Source: Bacteroidia bacterium
GTDB lineage: Bacteria > Bacteroidota > Bacteroidia > JAYUJA01
Direction: 5' to 3'
Assembly: GCA_043765495.1 (NCBI GenBank)
Contig: JAYUJA010000138.1
Span: forward strand, 3,797-67,796
Length of the DNA stretch: 64,000 nucleotides
Part shown: in pieces, positions 39,221-48,941 of the stretch
Numbering within the stretch: position 1 is the first letter of the stretch
Layout of the letters: every line of letters begins with the position of its first letter
Position numbers and translations under genes: made by a program
The notes under the pieces: model-generated
Databases searched by the model: none
Seen by the model: only the letters and a program-made list of their open reading frames with translations
What the model was told of the DNA's origin: nothing

Positions 39221-39235
39221 CACTCGCAAACATAG

Positions 39236-40483
39236 ATGCTAAACCATAACACGGATTATATGCCTACTATATTAAAAAACTTACATGTACTTGCATTTAC
39301 ACATAAGCACCTTGAACTAAAAGATATTGCTCACCTATACCGAGAAACTTCTGATGAGCTTGTCGCATTTCTACATACATTCAAGCAAGATAATACTATC
39401 CAAGAAATAGTATACCTGGCTACGTGCAACAGAGTAGAAATTTATTACACCAGTGAAATAGAAATACCAGTAACAGCTTTTCTTACTTATTGGGGAATAC
39501 CTACACAAAACCATAGCGAATATATAACCAACACTTTACACCTACACAAAGAAGCTGCTGCAAAATACATCATGGAAGTAGCAAGCTCGTTAAATTCCCT
39601 TGTAATAGGAGAAAGAGAAATCATCACACAAATAAGAGCCGCATTTGAATTTGCACAAATACAACAATTAAGCGGATCTATACTGAATATAATCGGAAGA
39701 AAAACAATAGAAGCAGCCAAAGACATTTTCACCCATACCCACATCGCAGATAAACCCGTATCCGTAGTATCGCTAGCATATCGTAAATTGAAAAGCTATA
39801 AACTAAAAAAGGATACCAAATTTTTAATCATCGGGGCAGGAGAAACTATTTTATCTATGCTGAAATATTTAAAAAAACATGGGTATAAGAATTTTTCTAT
39901 CTATAATAGAACGTTGGAAAATGCACAAAAAGCAGCTACATTAGTAGGCGGAAATGCTTTTTTATTAGAAGACTTAAAAAAACATACTACTAGCTTCGAT
40001 GTATTAATATCTTGTACAGGCGCATCTAACTACATCGTCACTACCGAAATATACAAACAGTTATTACAAAAAGATACTTCAAAAAAAATAATCCTCGACC
40101 TAGCCTTACCAGGCGACATAGCCCCATCTATCCCATTGGATTTCCCTTGCACGTACATAGAAATAGGTAGCCTAAAAACCCTAGCATTAGAAAACTTACA
40201 AGAAAGACACAAAGAAATAGAACACTGTGACCAAATTATCAAAACTGCTTTGCTACAACTCAAAAAAGAACTAAAACAAAGACAAGTAGAACTAGCGATG
40301 AAAGAAGTACCAAACCAGGTAAAAGCTATGACACAAAAAGCCATCACAGAAGTATTCGCCAAAGATTTGGAAAAACTATCCGCTACTGACCAACAAACCG
40401 TACACAAACTAGTGGCTTATTTGGAAAAAAAATACATCAGTCTACCTATGAAAATGGCAAAAGACATTATTTTAGAATTATAA
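39236..40483 (+). CDS. hemA: Glutamyl-tRNA reductase
   Basis: Active-site LATCNRVEIY (CNR motif) and an NAD(P)-binding GAGETIL stretch, 415 aa. The true start may be the internal Met at 39260. Confidence 0.85.
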   Translation: MLNHNTDYMPTILKNLHVLAFTHKHLELKDIAHLYRETSDELVAFLHTFKQDNTIQEIVYLATCNRVEIYYTSEIEIPVTAFLTYWGIPTQNHSEYITNTLHLHKEAAAKYIMEVASSLNSLVIGEREIITQIRAAFEFAQIQQLSGSILNIIGRKTIEAAKDIFTHTHIADKPVSVVSLAYRKLKSYKLKKDTKFLIIGAGETILSMLKYLKKHGYKNFSIYNRTLENAQKAATLVGGNAFLLEDLKKHTTSFDVLISCTGASNYIVTTEIYKQLLQKDTSKKIILDLALPGDIAPSIPLDFPCTYIEIGSLKTLALENLQERHKEIEHCDQIIKTALLQLKKELKQRQVELAMKEVPNQVKAMTQKAITEVFAKDLEKLSATDQQTVHKLVAYLEKKYISLPMKMAKDIILEL

Positions 40484-40496
40484 ACTAGTTTTTTTA

Positions 40497-40504
40497 TATC
40501 TTTG
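40497..40504 (+). promoter_or_regulatory. Candidate -7 box (TATCTTTG) for ssb
   Basis: TAnnTTTG match 77 nt upstream of the ssb ATG. Confidence 0.35.
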
Positions 40505-40580
40505 CGAAGAAACAAAAGCTATACACCTTATTTTTGTCAAAATAGTAATAGCATACCTTATTTTTTATTAGTACAATACC

Positions 40581-41033
40581 ATGATCACAGTAAACAAAGT
40601 CACAATTTTAGGTAATTTAGGCAAAGATCCAGACGTAGTAACTTTTGACAGTAATAACATTAAAGCTACGTTCCCAGTAGCTACTTCTGATTCTTACAAA
40701 AACAAAGCAGGACAAATAATCGAACATACCGAATGGCATACCGTAGTAGTGTGGCGCCGCCTAGCAGAAATAAGTCGTGACTATCTACGAAAAGGAATTT
40801 CGGTGTACGTAGAAGGGAAATTACAAACCAGATCATGGGAAGACAAAGAAGGAAATAAAAGATATGCCACCGAAATAGTAGCTGATAATTTAATCATCTT
40901 AACCAAAAAAGAACATCGCCCCGATGTAGCGCCTTCCATTAATCAGCCATCTGCGATAGAAGGTGTAATACCAGCTGCTACTACCAATGAATGGAACACA
41001 GAAACGACTTCTACCGATGATTTTCCATTCTAA
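40581..41033 (+). CDS. ssb: Single-stranded DNA-binding protein
   Basis: OB-fold N-terminus (NKVTILGNLGKDPDV…TEWH) and an acidic C-terminal tail ending DDFPF. Confidence 0.9.
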   Translation: MITVNKVTILGNLGKDPDVVTFDSNNIKATFPVATSDSYKNKAGQIIEHTEWHTVVVWRRLAEISRDYLRKGISVYVEGKLQTRSWEDKEGNKRYATEIVADNLIILTKKEHRPDVAPSINQPSAIEGVIPAATTNEWNTETTSTDDFPF

Positions 41034-42237
41034 TTTCCTACTAAAAGCTAGCCTTTTTACCGTACTTTGCTTGACAACTATACCTGTTTTTGGACAAAAT
41101 AAAGACTTCGATTGGAAGACTATTTTCCAAGAACTACCCGCTCCTATGCAAAAATATGTAACAAACACTTCTACCTATAAAACACAAATCATCTATACCC
41201 AAATAGATAGAGATACCAACAATGTACCTAGTTTTCATACCTATACGTATGGCGACCTATCCACGCCTTTCTATCCAGCAAGTGTAGTGAAACTTCCTAC
41301 GGCTATGCTAGCATTGGAAAAACTAAACGAACTACAACAGTCTACCACTTCCTATATAAAATACAAGCCACTACCCTGTGCTAATTATACGAATAATACT
41401 TCTATCTACCATAAAATACAAGAAAACCAAGATGCTGAAGAAATAGCAATGCTATACAATGTACCAGTGCATAAGGTAAAAATAATGTCCCCAAAATATG
41501 CAAAATTAGAAGAAAATAGATTAGAAAACATAGAAGATATAATGTCCAAAATGCTGATATACAGCAATAATGTAGCGTATTGTAAAATGTATGATTTTGT
41601 AGGGCAGAAAAAACTAATCCAACGCCTACAAGACAAAAAATACAATACAATAGTAAAACATCGATTCGCAAGTTGCTCACCAGAAGAAAATAAATCTACT
41701 AGCGGATTTTGGCTATTAGACGATAATTTTAATACTTTATACGAGCAAGAGTCCCTCTACAACGATAGCATAGTACCAGAAGGAAAAAATAAAGTGCCAC
41801 TTCCTGACTTACATCGTATGGTACAAACCATTGTTTTCCCTGAATCTTTTGCAGATAGTACCAAATTTAATCTCACTCCTGCAAACTATGACCTGCTGCG
41901 AACGTACCTAGCTATGCGACCAAGCGACCATACCACGTTTCGTGACTCCGAATACGCTAATGTGCCAGATAATATGACAAACTATTTTGTAGTAGGGGTG
42001 AATAATACAATCCCAGCTTCGAAAGTAAAAATATACAACATCGTAGGTAGAGCTTACAATTATCTCATTGATTGTGCGTATATTATAGATTGGGAAAACA
42101 ATACCGAATTCATGCTATCCGCAGTGGTATACGCTGGCGAGGCAATGCCATACATGGAAAAACTTGGTAGAATATTTCTAGACTATGAAAAAAACAGAAA
42201 CTACAAAATACAACCAGATTTAAGTCTGTTTAGATAA
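41017..42237 (+). CDS. Class A beta-lactamase-related serine hydrolase (secreted)
   Basis: Signal peptide and an SxxK motif (PASVVKLPTAMLAL) in the position expected for class A penicillin-recognising enzymes. The start at 41017 overlaps the ssb 3' end by 17 nt. Confidence 0.45.
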   Translation: MIFHSNFLLKASLFTVLCLTTIPVFGQNKDFDWKTIFQELPAPMQKYVTNTSTYKTQIIYTQIDRDTNNVPSFHTYTYGDLSTPFYPASVVKLPTAMLALEKLNELQQSTTSYIKYKPLPCANYTNNTSIYHKIQENQDAEEIAMLYNVPVHKVKIMSPKYAKLEENRLENIEDIMSKMLIYSNNVAYCKMYDFVGQKKLIQRLQDKKYNTIVKHRFASCSPEENKSTSGFWLLDDNFNTLYEQESLYNDSIVPEGKNKVPLPDLHRMVQTIVFPESFADSTKFNLTPANYDLLRTYLAMRPSDHTTFRDSEYANVPDNMTNYFVVGVNNTIPASKVKIYNIVGRAYNYLIDCAYIIDWENNTEFMLSAVVYAGEAMPYMEKLGRIFLDYEKNRNYKIQPDLSLFR

Positions 42238-42286
42238 TTTTTTGGGTTATGATTCCTTATTTATTTCTTAAATCACCTCTTATATA

Positions 42287-44284
42287 ATGCTTTGGTCGGA
42301 TAGATTATATCAATACAGAAAATATGTATTACATGCTATTTTGTTAGTACTAGCCATCGCAAGTATCGTGTATGCGTCTCCTACCAGACAAGGATTCCCT
42401 TACCAATACCAAGCTGGTAAACTATGGAAATACAAGGACTTACATGCACAAACAAATTTTACTATTCAAAAAACAGAAGAAGAATTACAGACAGAAAAAG
42501 AAAATATAAAAAAAAACTGTCCAATTTTCTTTACTAGAAACACCGCCGTAGCATCTAATACTCTACAACGAATAAAAGAACTAGCAAAATCTACCGTTAT
42601 TCCTACCGAAAAATTAAATAAGATAGAAGAGATAATTAACACAAATTACGAAATCGGAGTAATACAAATGCCTGATAATTCCAGAACTTATTTTATGGAA
42701 ATAAAAGGTGGAGATTGGGAAAAAAAACACATTGGTATGGTAAAAACTACCCAATATGTAACCGAAGAATTAAAACCAATACTAGCAAATTCTCCACAAC
42801 TCCTAGAAGAGATAACCAAAGAAATATCGCCTAACCTAATCCCCAATACACAACTAGAAGAAGAATACCTAGAAGAAGAGCTAAAATCAGCTTTGCCATA
42901 CAAACAATTTATCGCGAAAGGGCAACAGCTAATCACAGCAAATGAAAAAGTCACCTCTACTAAATTACAACTATTAGAATCGTATAAAAAAGCCTACATA
43001 GAAACTTTTACAGCCCATTCGTCATGGAGTATTCTGGGCGAAATAATGTTAGTAAGCATAGCGTTGATTGTTTTATTCTGGTTTATTTACCTCATACGGC
43101 CTGATTTGTTTGCTACTTTTCCACAGTTTTCCATGATAGTAGTATGGCTAGTAATCATGGTAGTAGGTGCTAATATTTTGTACAACTACTCTCCTACGTA
43201 TATTTATTACTACCCATTTGTTATCTATGCTATTATTCTTCGTACTTTTTTTGATAGTAGAATAGCCTTGTTTTCATATATGATAATGCTATTAATAGTA
43301 GCAGGACTAGTACCAAACCCTTATAATTTCATTTTTACAGAATTTTTCGGAGCAGTAGTGGGGTTAGTCACATTAGTAAACTTAAAACATCGGTCCCAGC
43401 TCCTAATTACCGTAGTGATGGTATTATTAGTAGAAGAAATATGCTACATAGCCATTCAGCTAGCAACTACATCTAATTGGGAAGAACTATCGCTATACGA
43501 TTTTAATTACTTCATTGTGAGTGCTTTATTAATATTGATTGTATATCCACTTATCTTTATTACCGAAAAAGTTTTTAATCTCATCAGTGAAGTTACGCTA
43601 TTAGAACTATGTGATTTGAACACCCCTATTTTAAGAGAATTATCCCTTCAAGCCCCTGGAACTTTCCAGCACTCGCTGCAAGTAGCAAACTTGGCAGAAG
43701 CTGCAGCCTACAAAATAGATGCCAATGCCTTGCTAGTACGTACAGGAGCTTTGTACCACGATATTGGTAAAATAGAAAACTCCCATTATTTTATAGAAAA
43801 TCAAATTACAGGTATCAATCCACACGAAGATTTATCCTATGAGCAAAGTGCTAAACTGATTATTAGCCACGTAATAAAAGGAATAGAAAAAGCACGAAAA
43901 TATAAACTACCCGAAGCTATTATCGATTTTATACGTACCCACCACGGCGAGTCTACGGTGCAGTATTTCTATCGTTCTTACCTAAAAAGCTTCCCAGAAG
44001 GCTTGGTAGATGTATCCGATTTTATGTATCCAGGCCCAAAACCTTTTTCCAAAGAAACCGCTATACTCATGATGGCAGATTCCGTAGAAGCCGCTTCCCG
44101 AAGCCTGAAACAAATAGACGTACAAAGTATTCATAATTTAGTAGAAAACATCATTAATACACAAATAGAAGACGAACAATTCGTAAATGCGCCTATTACG
44201 TTTAGAGATATTACAGTAATAAAAAAAATATTCAAACGAATGCTAGCAAATATGTACCATATCCGAATATCGTATCCTAAATAA
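42287..44284 (+). CDS. 7TM receptor with intracellular HD phosphohydrolase (HDIG) domain
   Basis: A large N-terminal extracytoplasmic region, a 7-TM block, and a C-terminal HD domain with …YHDIGK… and RTHHGES. Confidence 0.8.
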   Translation: MLWSDRLYQYRKYVLHAILLVLAIASIVYASPTRQGFPYQYQAGKLWKYKDLHAQTNFTIQKTEEELQTEKENIKKNCPIFFTRNTAVASNTLQRIKELAKSTVIPTEKLNKIEEIINTNYEIGVIQMPDNSRTYFMEIKGGDWEKKHIGMVKTTQYVTEELKPILANSPQLLEEITKEISPNLIPNTQLEEEYLEEELKSALPYKQFIAKGQQLITANEKVTSTKLQLLESYKKAYIETFTAHSSWSILGEIMLVSIALIVLFWFIYLIRPDLFATFPQFSMIVVWLVIMVVGANILYNYSPTYIYYYPFVIYAIILRTFFDSRIALFSYMIMLLIVAGLVPNPYNFIFTEFFGAVVGLVTLVNLKHRSQLLITVVMVLLVEEICYIAIQLATTSNWEELSLYDFNYFIVSALLILIVYPLIFITEKVFNLISEVTLLELCDLNTPILRELSLQAPGTFQHSLQVANLAEAAAYKIDANALLVRTGALYHDIGKIENSHYFIENQITGINPHEDLSYEQSAKLIISHVIKGIEKARKYKLPEAIIDFIRTHHGESTVQYFYRSYLKSFPEGLVDVSDFMYPGPKPFSKETAILMMADSVEAASRSLKQIDVQSIHNLVENIINTQIEDEQFVNAPITFRDITVIKKIFKRMLANMYHIRISYPK

Positions 44285-44385
44285 ATACAAATCCTGTCAT
44301 TTTGGCATAGTGTTTTATACAAGGTATAGTATTTGTAAACATTCCAATAAATACATTTATCCACTATTTTAATTAAATTTAAAAA

Positions 44386-44661
44386 ATGGCTACTATCACC
44401 AAAGAAAAAAACAAAGCAAAAGATTTGTTAAAACACTTACAACAAAAAGAATTAATGCTGTATAACGATGACGTAAACACGTTCGAGCATGTAATAAAGT
44501 GCCTAATGAAAGTATGTGGACACACCGCCGTACAAGCAGAACAATGCGCTTATATCGTACATTATAATGGTAAATGTGTAGTAAAAAAAGGCTACATAGA
44601 AAAATTGAAATACATGTACGAAGCATTAAGAGACGAAAAACTCTCTGTAAAAATTATCTAA
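44386..44661 (+). CDS. clpS: ATP-dependent Clp protease adaptor ClpS
   Basis: YNDDVNTFEHVIKCLMKVCGHT…AEQCAYIVHYNGKCVV, the canonical ClpS core. Confidence 0.85.
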   Translation: MATITKEKNKAKDLLKHLQQKELMLYNDDVNTFEHVIKCLMKVCGHTAVQAEQCAYIVHYNGKCVVKKGYIEKLKYMYEALRDEKLSVKII

Positions 44662-44698
44662 ATTATCTTTCTAATTTTATTCCTTATATATTTCATTT

Positions 44699-45259
44699 AT
44701 GTCTATTAATTTAACAAAAGGCAATTCTCTAAACCTAACGAAAAAAGAGCCAGCATTACAAAAAATCATGATAGGACTAGGCTGGGAAATGCGACCAGGT
44801 CAAGCATTGGATTTAGATGCTGCCGTATTTATTCTTGGGAATAATGGCAAACTACTATCCGAAAGCCATTTGGTTTTTTATAACAACCTAAAAAGCCCAG
44901 ATGGAGCAGTACAACACACAGGCGACAACCGTACAGGCAATGCTGATGGCGACGATGAAGTTATTTTAGCTAACCTTTCTACCTTGATACCTAGTACCGA
45001 AGATTTGGTATTCGTAGTCACTATTCATGAAAGCGAAGCCCGTAACCACCATTTTGGCTTATTGCAGCAGGCTTTTATTCGTTTAGTAGACGTAGAAACT
45101 AAAAGAGAAATATCACGCTATGACCTTGATGCAGAGTTTAGTGGATTCACAGAAGTAGAATTCGCTAAATTACATAAAGTAAATAATGAATGGCTATTCA
45201 CAGCAGTAGGCATCGGTACAAAACAAGGATTACAAGGCTATGTTAATAAGTATTTATAA
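44699..45259 (+). CDS. TerD-domain (tellurite-resistance/stress) protein
   Basis: The TerD signature LxKGxxxNLTK…LGWE…DLDAAVF…, with Ca-binding-like GDNRTGNADGDDE. Confidence 0.8.
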   Translation: MSINLTKGNSLNLTKKEPALQKIMIGLGWEMRPGQALDLDAAVFILGNNGKLLSESHLVFYNNLKSPDGAVQHTGDNRTGNADGDDEVILANLSTLIPSTEDLVFVVTIHESEARNHHFGLLQQAFIRLVDVETKREISRYDLDAEFSGFTEVEFAKLHKVNNEWLFTAVGIGTKQGLQGYVNKYL

Positions 45260-46014
45260 TGAAAAAACATATTCCTAATATACTTACTTGTATCAACTTG
45301 CTAGCAGGTTTTATGGGTATTGTATTGCTAATGAATGCTCCACAAGAGTATTCATTAGCTTTTTTTTGTTTAGCAATTAGTGCTATTTGTGATTTCCTCG
45401 ATGGCTTTGCTGCAAGAGCTTTAAAAGTACACTCGATTATCGGTAAAGATTTGGATTCCTTGGCAGATTTGGTAAGCTTTGGAGTATTGCCAGCTATTGT
45501 AGTATTTCAAATCCTATATTACAGTATATACGAAAGTAGAATAGGTGCGAATAATCCAATTATAAGTACCATACTATGCGGCTCTATTGCTGGGACTATC
45601 GTAGTATTCTCTGCCTTACGACTTGCAAAATTCAATAACGACACACGCCAGCAATACGATTTTATAGGACTTCCTACGCCAGCTAATGCCATATTTTGGA
45701 TAGGCGTTACGGCTTGGCTACCTTCCTCCTCTTATTGTGAAGGTGCATGCTGTGGTTCTGCTAACTATGGCTTGGTAGCTACTATAATAGGTTTGGTAGT
45801 AGTATTCAATTACTTGTTAGTGAGTGAAATTTCTATTTTATCCATGAAGATGCAAAATTATACTTGGAAAAACAACATTGCGAAGTATATATTTTTGATT
45901 ATAACGGTGTTTTTAGGAATTTTTTTACAAGAAAAAGCACTTTCACCCGTCATAATAACATTAATAATAGTGTCTATTGGTAATAAAATAATAGATTTTA
46001 AGAAAAATAAATAA
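45259..46014 (+). CDS. pssA: CDP-alcohol phosphatidyltransferase, probable CDP-diacylglycerol-serine O-phosphatidyltransferase
   Basis: DFLDGFAAR…GKDLDSLADLVSFG motif (Dx2DGx2AR…Gx3Dx3D) and a multi-TM protein. The start overlaps the terD stop in a TAATG junction. Confidence 0.75.
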   Translation: MKKHIPNILTCINLLAGFMGIVLLMNAPQEYSLAFFCLAISAICDFLDGFAARALKVHSIIGKDLDSLADLVSFGVLPAIVVFQILYYSIYESRIGANNPIISTILCGSIAGTIVVFSALRLAKFNNDTRQQYDFIGLPTPANAIFWIGVTAWLPSSSYCEGACCGSANYGLVATIIGLVVVFNYLLVSEISILSMKMQNYTWKNNIAKYIFLIITVFLGIFLQEKALSPVIITLIIVSIGNKIIDFKKNK

Positions 46015-46085
46015 CTTATTATCAGTATTTTAAGTATTTCTATTAAAAAAAAGAAAGAAAAAAATAAGAGTAATAAAAAATCATG

Positions 46086-46093
46086 TACATTTG
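46086..46093 (+). promoter_or_regulatory. Candidate -7 box (TACATTTG) for tRNA-Ser
   Basis: TAnnTTTG ends 6 nt before the first tRNA nucleotide, consistent with the transcript starting at or near the mature 5' end. Confidence 0.45.
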
Positions 46094-46098
46094 CCCTT

Positions 46099-46183
46099 GG
46101 AAAAATGGCAGAGTGGTCGATTGCGGCAGTCTTGAAAACTGTTGAGGTGTGAGCCTCCGGGGGTTCGAATCCCTCTTTTTCCG
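46099..46183 (+). tRNA. tRNA-Ser (anticodon UGA), type II with long variable arm
   Basis: A manual fold gives a 7-bp acceptor stem GGAAAAA/TTTTTCC, a 3-bp D stem, an anticodon loop CTTGAAA (anticodon TGA), a 17-nt variable arm with a GAGG/CCTC stem, a GTTCGAATC T-loop, and discriminator G. CCA is not encoded. Confidence 0.85.
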
Positions 46184-46187
46184 CACT

Positions 46188-46220
46188 AAAAAAGCTCCTA
46201 ATTGTTAGGAGCTTTTTTTA
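46188..46220. terminator. Bidirectional terminator after tRNA-Ser
   Basis: AAAAGCTCCTAA/TTAGGAGCTTTTTTT hairpin. Confidence 0.65.
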
Positions 46221-46250
46221 TTTCTATTATTTATAAAAATAATTTCTATT

Positions 46251-47123
46251 TTATTTAATGAAATTATACAATGTTTGTAAATAAGTAGTATAGCCCATTT
46301 GTTGTGGTAGATTATTGTGTTTACCGCCTTCTACCCGTACTGGCACGCCTTGTATGCCTTTGTACCTTGCGAATAGTACTTCACCATGGGTTTCTATATT
46401 CAAATAATCGTCTGTCTTGCAATGTAGCCACATAAATGGTTGGTTTACAGAAGGAATTTTTGTGGCATTATCTACTTTTTGAGAAGTAAAAAAATCCGAC
46501 TCTAAATTCAGTAAAGCGGCATCTTGTGTCATTACTTGTGTAGAGGCAAATGGTGCTTCTAGTATCAGTTTACTAGGCGTGAGCGAGCGAGGCAATGCAG
46601 TTAATTCGGTAGCTGGGGCAGAACCTAGGCTATACCCATACTGTATAAGTCTATTACTTGTTAATCCTTTATCTTTTAACCAAAGTGTGGCTGCGTCTAC
46701 ATCTTCATACATTCCTTTTTCGCTTGGTTTGCCTTGCGATTTGCCATACCCTCTATAATCTATAGCAAACACGCCATAACGATTTTTTCCACCTATATTT
46801 GCTAATAATTTACATCTATTCCAATACGTATCTATATTACCAGCAGTACCATGGCAGTAGAGTAGTACCGTATCTTGGGCAATAGTGTTGATGTCTCCTA
46901 GGTAATACCCAAAAATCTTGTTCCCACCAGAAACAAGCTCTACTTCATGGATTTTGTCGCTAGGGATAGTGTACAGCGTAGATAATTCGTCTAACTCTTG
47001 GTATCCATCATAATTATCTAATTTATATTCTTTCAATGCTACAGGAGAATACAAATTGCTATCTAGTTTTACACAGCTAGATACCATAAAAGCGAGTGTT
47101 AGGTATAAAATTTTGTTTTTCAT
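46251..47123 (-). CDS. Alpha/beta hydrolase (S9/dienelactone hydrolase-like), lipoprotein
   Basis: GYSLGS nucleophile elbow (GxSxG), a downstream Asp/His, and a signal peptide with lipobox VSSC. Confidence 0.7.
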   Translation of the reverse strand: MKNKILYLTLAFMVSSCVKLDSNLYSPVALKEYKLDNYDGYQELDELSTLYTIPSDKIHEVELVSGGNKIFGYYLGDINTIAQDTVLLYCHGTAGNIDTYWNRCKLLANIGGKNRYGVFAIDYRGYGKSQGKPSEKGMYEDVDAATLWLKDKGLTSNRLIQYGYSLGSAPATELTALPRSLTPSKLILEAPFASTQVMTQDAALLNLESDFFTSQKVDNATKIPSVNQPFMWLHCKTDDYLNIETHGEVLFARYKGIQGVPVRVEGGKHNNLPQQMGYTTYLQTLYNFIK

Positions 47124-47181
47124 TTTATTTATTTTTTGTAAAGATAAACGAATTATAACAAACCAAAGTTAAAAATAATAT

Positions 47182-47214
47182 AAATGCCCCTAAAAAATAC
47201 TATTAGGGGCATTT
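47182..47214. terminator. Rho-independent terminator downstream of the ALDH gene
   Basis: AAATGCCCCTAA/TTAGGGGCATTT perfect stem with flanking A/T runs. Confidence 0.65.
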
Positions 47215-47258
47215 CGTTACTGCTATTGTGATTATTTCATAAAAATAATTTATTCAAC

Positions 47259-48806
47259 TTAAAAATTAAATTCTATGCCTTGTGCTAGTGGTAGTGCATT
47301 GCCATAGTTGAGGGTATTCGTTTGACGACGCATGTATACTTTCCATGCATCAGAACCCGATTCTCTACCGCCGCCTGTTTCTTTTTCTCCTCCAAAAGCT
47401 CCTCCTATTTCTGCTCCAGAAGTTCCTATATTCACATTTGCGATACCACAATCCGAACCTACATAACTTAAAAACTGCTCCGACTCTTGAAAATTAGTAG
47501 TGAATATAGCAGACGACAAGCCTTGTGGGACATCGTTTTGCATTGCTATAGCTTCGGCTAGTTCTTTGTATTTTAATACATACAAAATAGGAGCAAAAGT
47601 TTCATGCTGTACCATACTATACTCGTTATTAGCTTCTAGTACACATGGTTTTACATAGCACCCAGATTCATAACCTTCGCCAGTGAGTACGCCACCTTCT
47701 ACTATTACTTTTGCACCTTCTTTTTTAGCTTGTTCTATGGCTTGTAAGTAGTTTTCTACGGCATTTGCATCTATCAATGGACCTACATGGTTATTCGTAT
47801 CTAATGGGTTTCCTATTTTAATAGAAGAATAAGCGGCTGCTAAAGCTGTTTTAACTTGTTCGTATCTACTTTCATGTACAATAAGCCTACGAGTAGTAGT
47901 ACATCGTTGGCCGGCTGTACCTACTGCACCAAATACTACGCCTGTAAGCAATAGTTTCAAATCTGCCGATGGCGTACATATAATAGCATTATTCCCACCT
48001 AATTCCAACAAGCTTTTGCCAAAACGAGCTGCTACTACTTGTCCTATTTCTCTGCCCATACGCGTAGATCCAGTAGCGGATATTAACGCTACTCTTTTAT
48101 CTGCGCTTAACCATTCTCCTACTTCCTTGCCGCCTGTGATGATAGACGATAATCCTTCTGGTAAGTTATTGTTTTTTAATACTTCTGCTATGATATTTTG
48201 ACAAGCTATGGAACAAAGAGGCGTTTTTTCAGACCCTTTCCATACACATACATCGCCACATATCCACGCCAGCATACTATTCCACGCCCATACTGCTACT
48301 GGAAAATTGAATGCCGATATAATACCTACAACGCCTATTGGGTGATACTGCTCATACATACGATGGTTAGGACGTTCAGAATGCATAGTAAGCCCGTACA
48401 ACTGACGAGATAATCCTACTGCAAAATCACATATATCTATCATTTCTTGTACTTCTCCTAATCCTTCTTGGTAACTTTTCCCCATTTCATACGAAACCAA
48501 AAATCCTAGTTCGGCTTTGTTAGCACGAAAAGCATCTCCCATCTGACGCACTATTTCTCCTCTTTTAGGGGCTGGCACTTGTCGCCATTCTAGGAAAGCA
48601 GCTTGCGCTTTTTGTAGTACTGTGTCATACGCTTTTTTGTCTGTAATAGTAACGTTGCCGATTAATGTGCCATCTACTGGCGAGTAGGAAGCTATACAAT
48701 CAGTAGTGTTGGTTTCTAGGTTATGCAATCCAGTAGAAGTGCCTTGCGAGATAGCATTAGTAAGTCCAAGTTTTGCTAATACGTCTGTCAGTACCAGTGT
48801 GTTCAT
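47259..48806 (-). CDS. Aldehyde dehydrogenase, ALDH7 (aminoadipate-semialdehyde dehydrogenase)-like
   Basis: LELGGNNAII glutamate-site motif and catalytic Cys in GQRCTTTRR. 515 aa. Confidence 0.85.
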   Translation of the reverse strand: MNTLVLTDVLAKLGLTNAISQGTSTGLHNLETNTTDCIASYSPVDGTLIGNVTITDKKAYDTVLQKAQAAFLEWRQVPAPKRGEIVRQMGDAFRANKAELGFLVSYEMGKSYQEGLGEVQEMIDICDFAVGLSRQLYGLTMHSERPNHRMYEQYHPIGVVGIISAFNFPVAVWAWNSMLAWICGDVCVWKGSEKTPLCSIACQNIIAEVLKNNNLPEGLSSIITGGKEVGEWLSADKRVALISATGSTRMGREIGQVVAARFGKSLLELGGNNAIICTPSADLKLLLTGVVFGAVGTAGQRCTTTRRLIVHESRYEQVKTALAAAYSSIKIGNPLDTNNHVGPLIDANAVENYLQAIEQAKKEGAKVIVEGGVLTGEGYESGCYVKPCVLEANNEYSMVQHETFAPILYVLKYKELAEAIAMQNDVPQGLSSAIFTTNFQESEQFLSYVGSDCGIANVNIGTSGAEIGGAFGGEKETGGGRESGSDAWKVYMRRQTNTLNYGNALPLAQGIEFNF

Positions 48807-48899
48807 AAATGTAAAAGAATAAGTTTTTTTAATAGAATGGCAAAGGTAAAATTAAATTCCTGAATTTATCTTATTTTGTTTCACTTAATTGTTATTTAG

Positions 48900-48907
48900 T
48901 ATATTTG
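48900..48907 (+). promoter_or_regulatory. Candidate -7 box (TATATTTG)
   Basis: TAnnTTTG match 34 nt upstream of the ATG at 48942. Confidence 0.35.
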
Positions 48908-48941
48908 TAAGTGATTAGCATGGATTAAAAATACCTTTATC

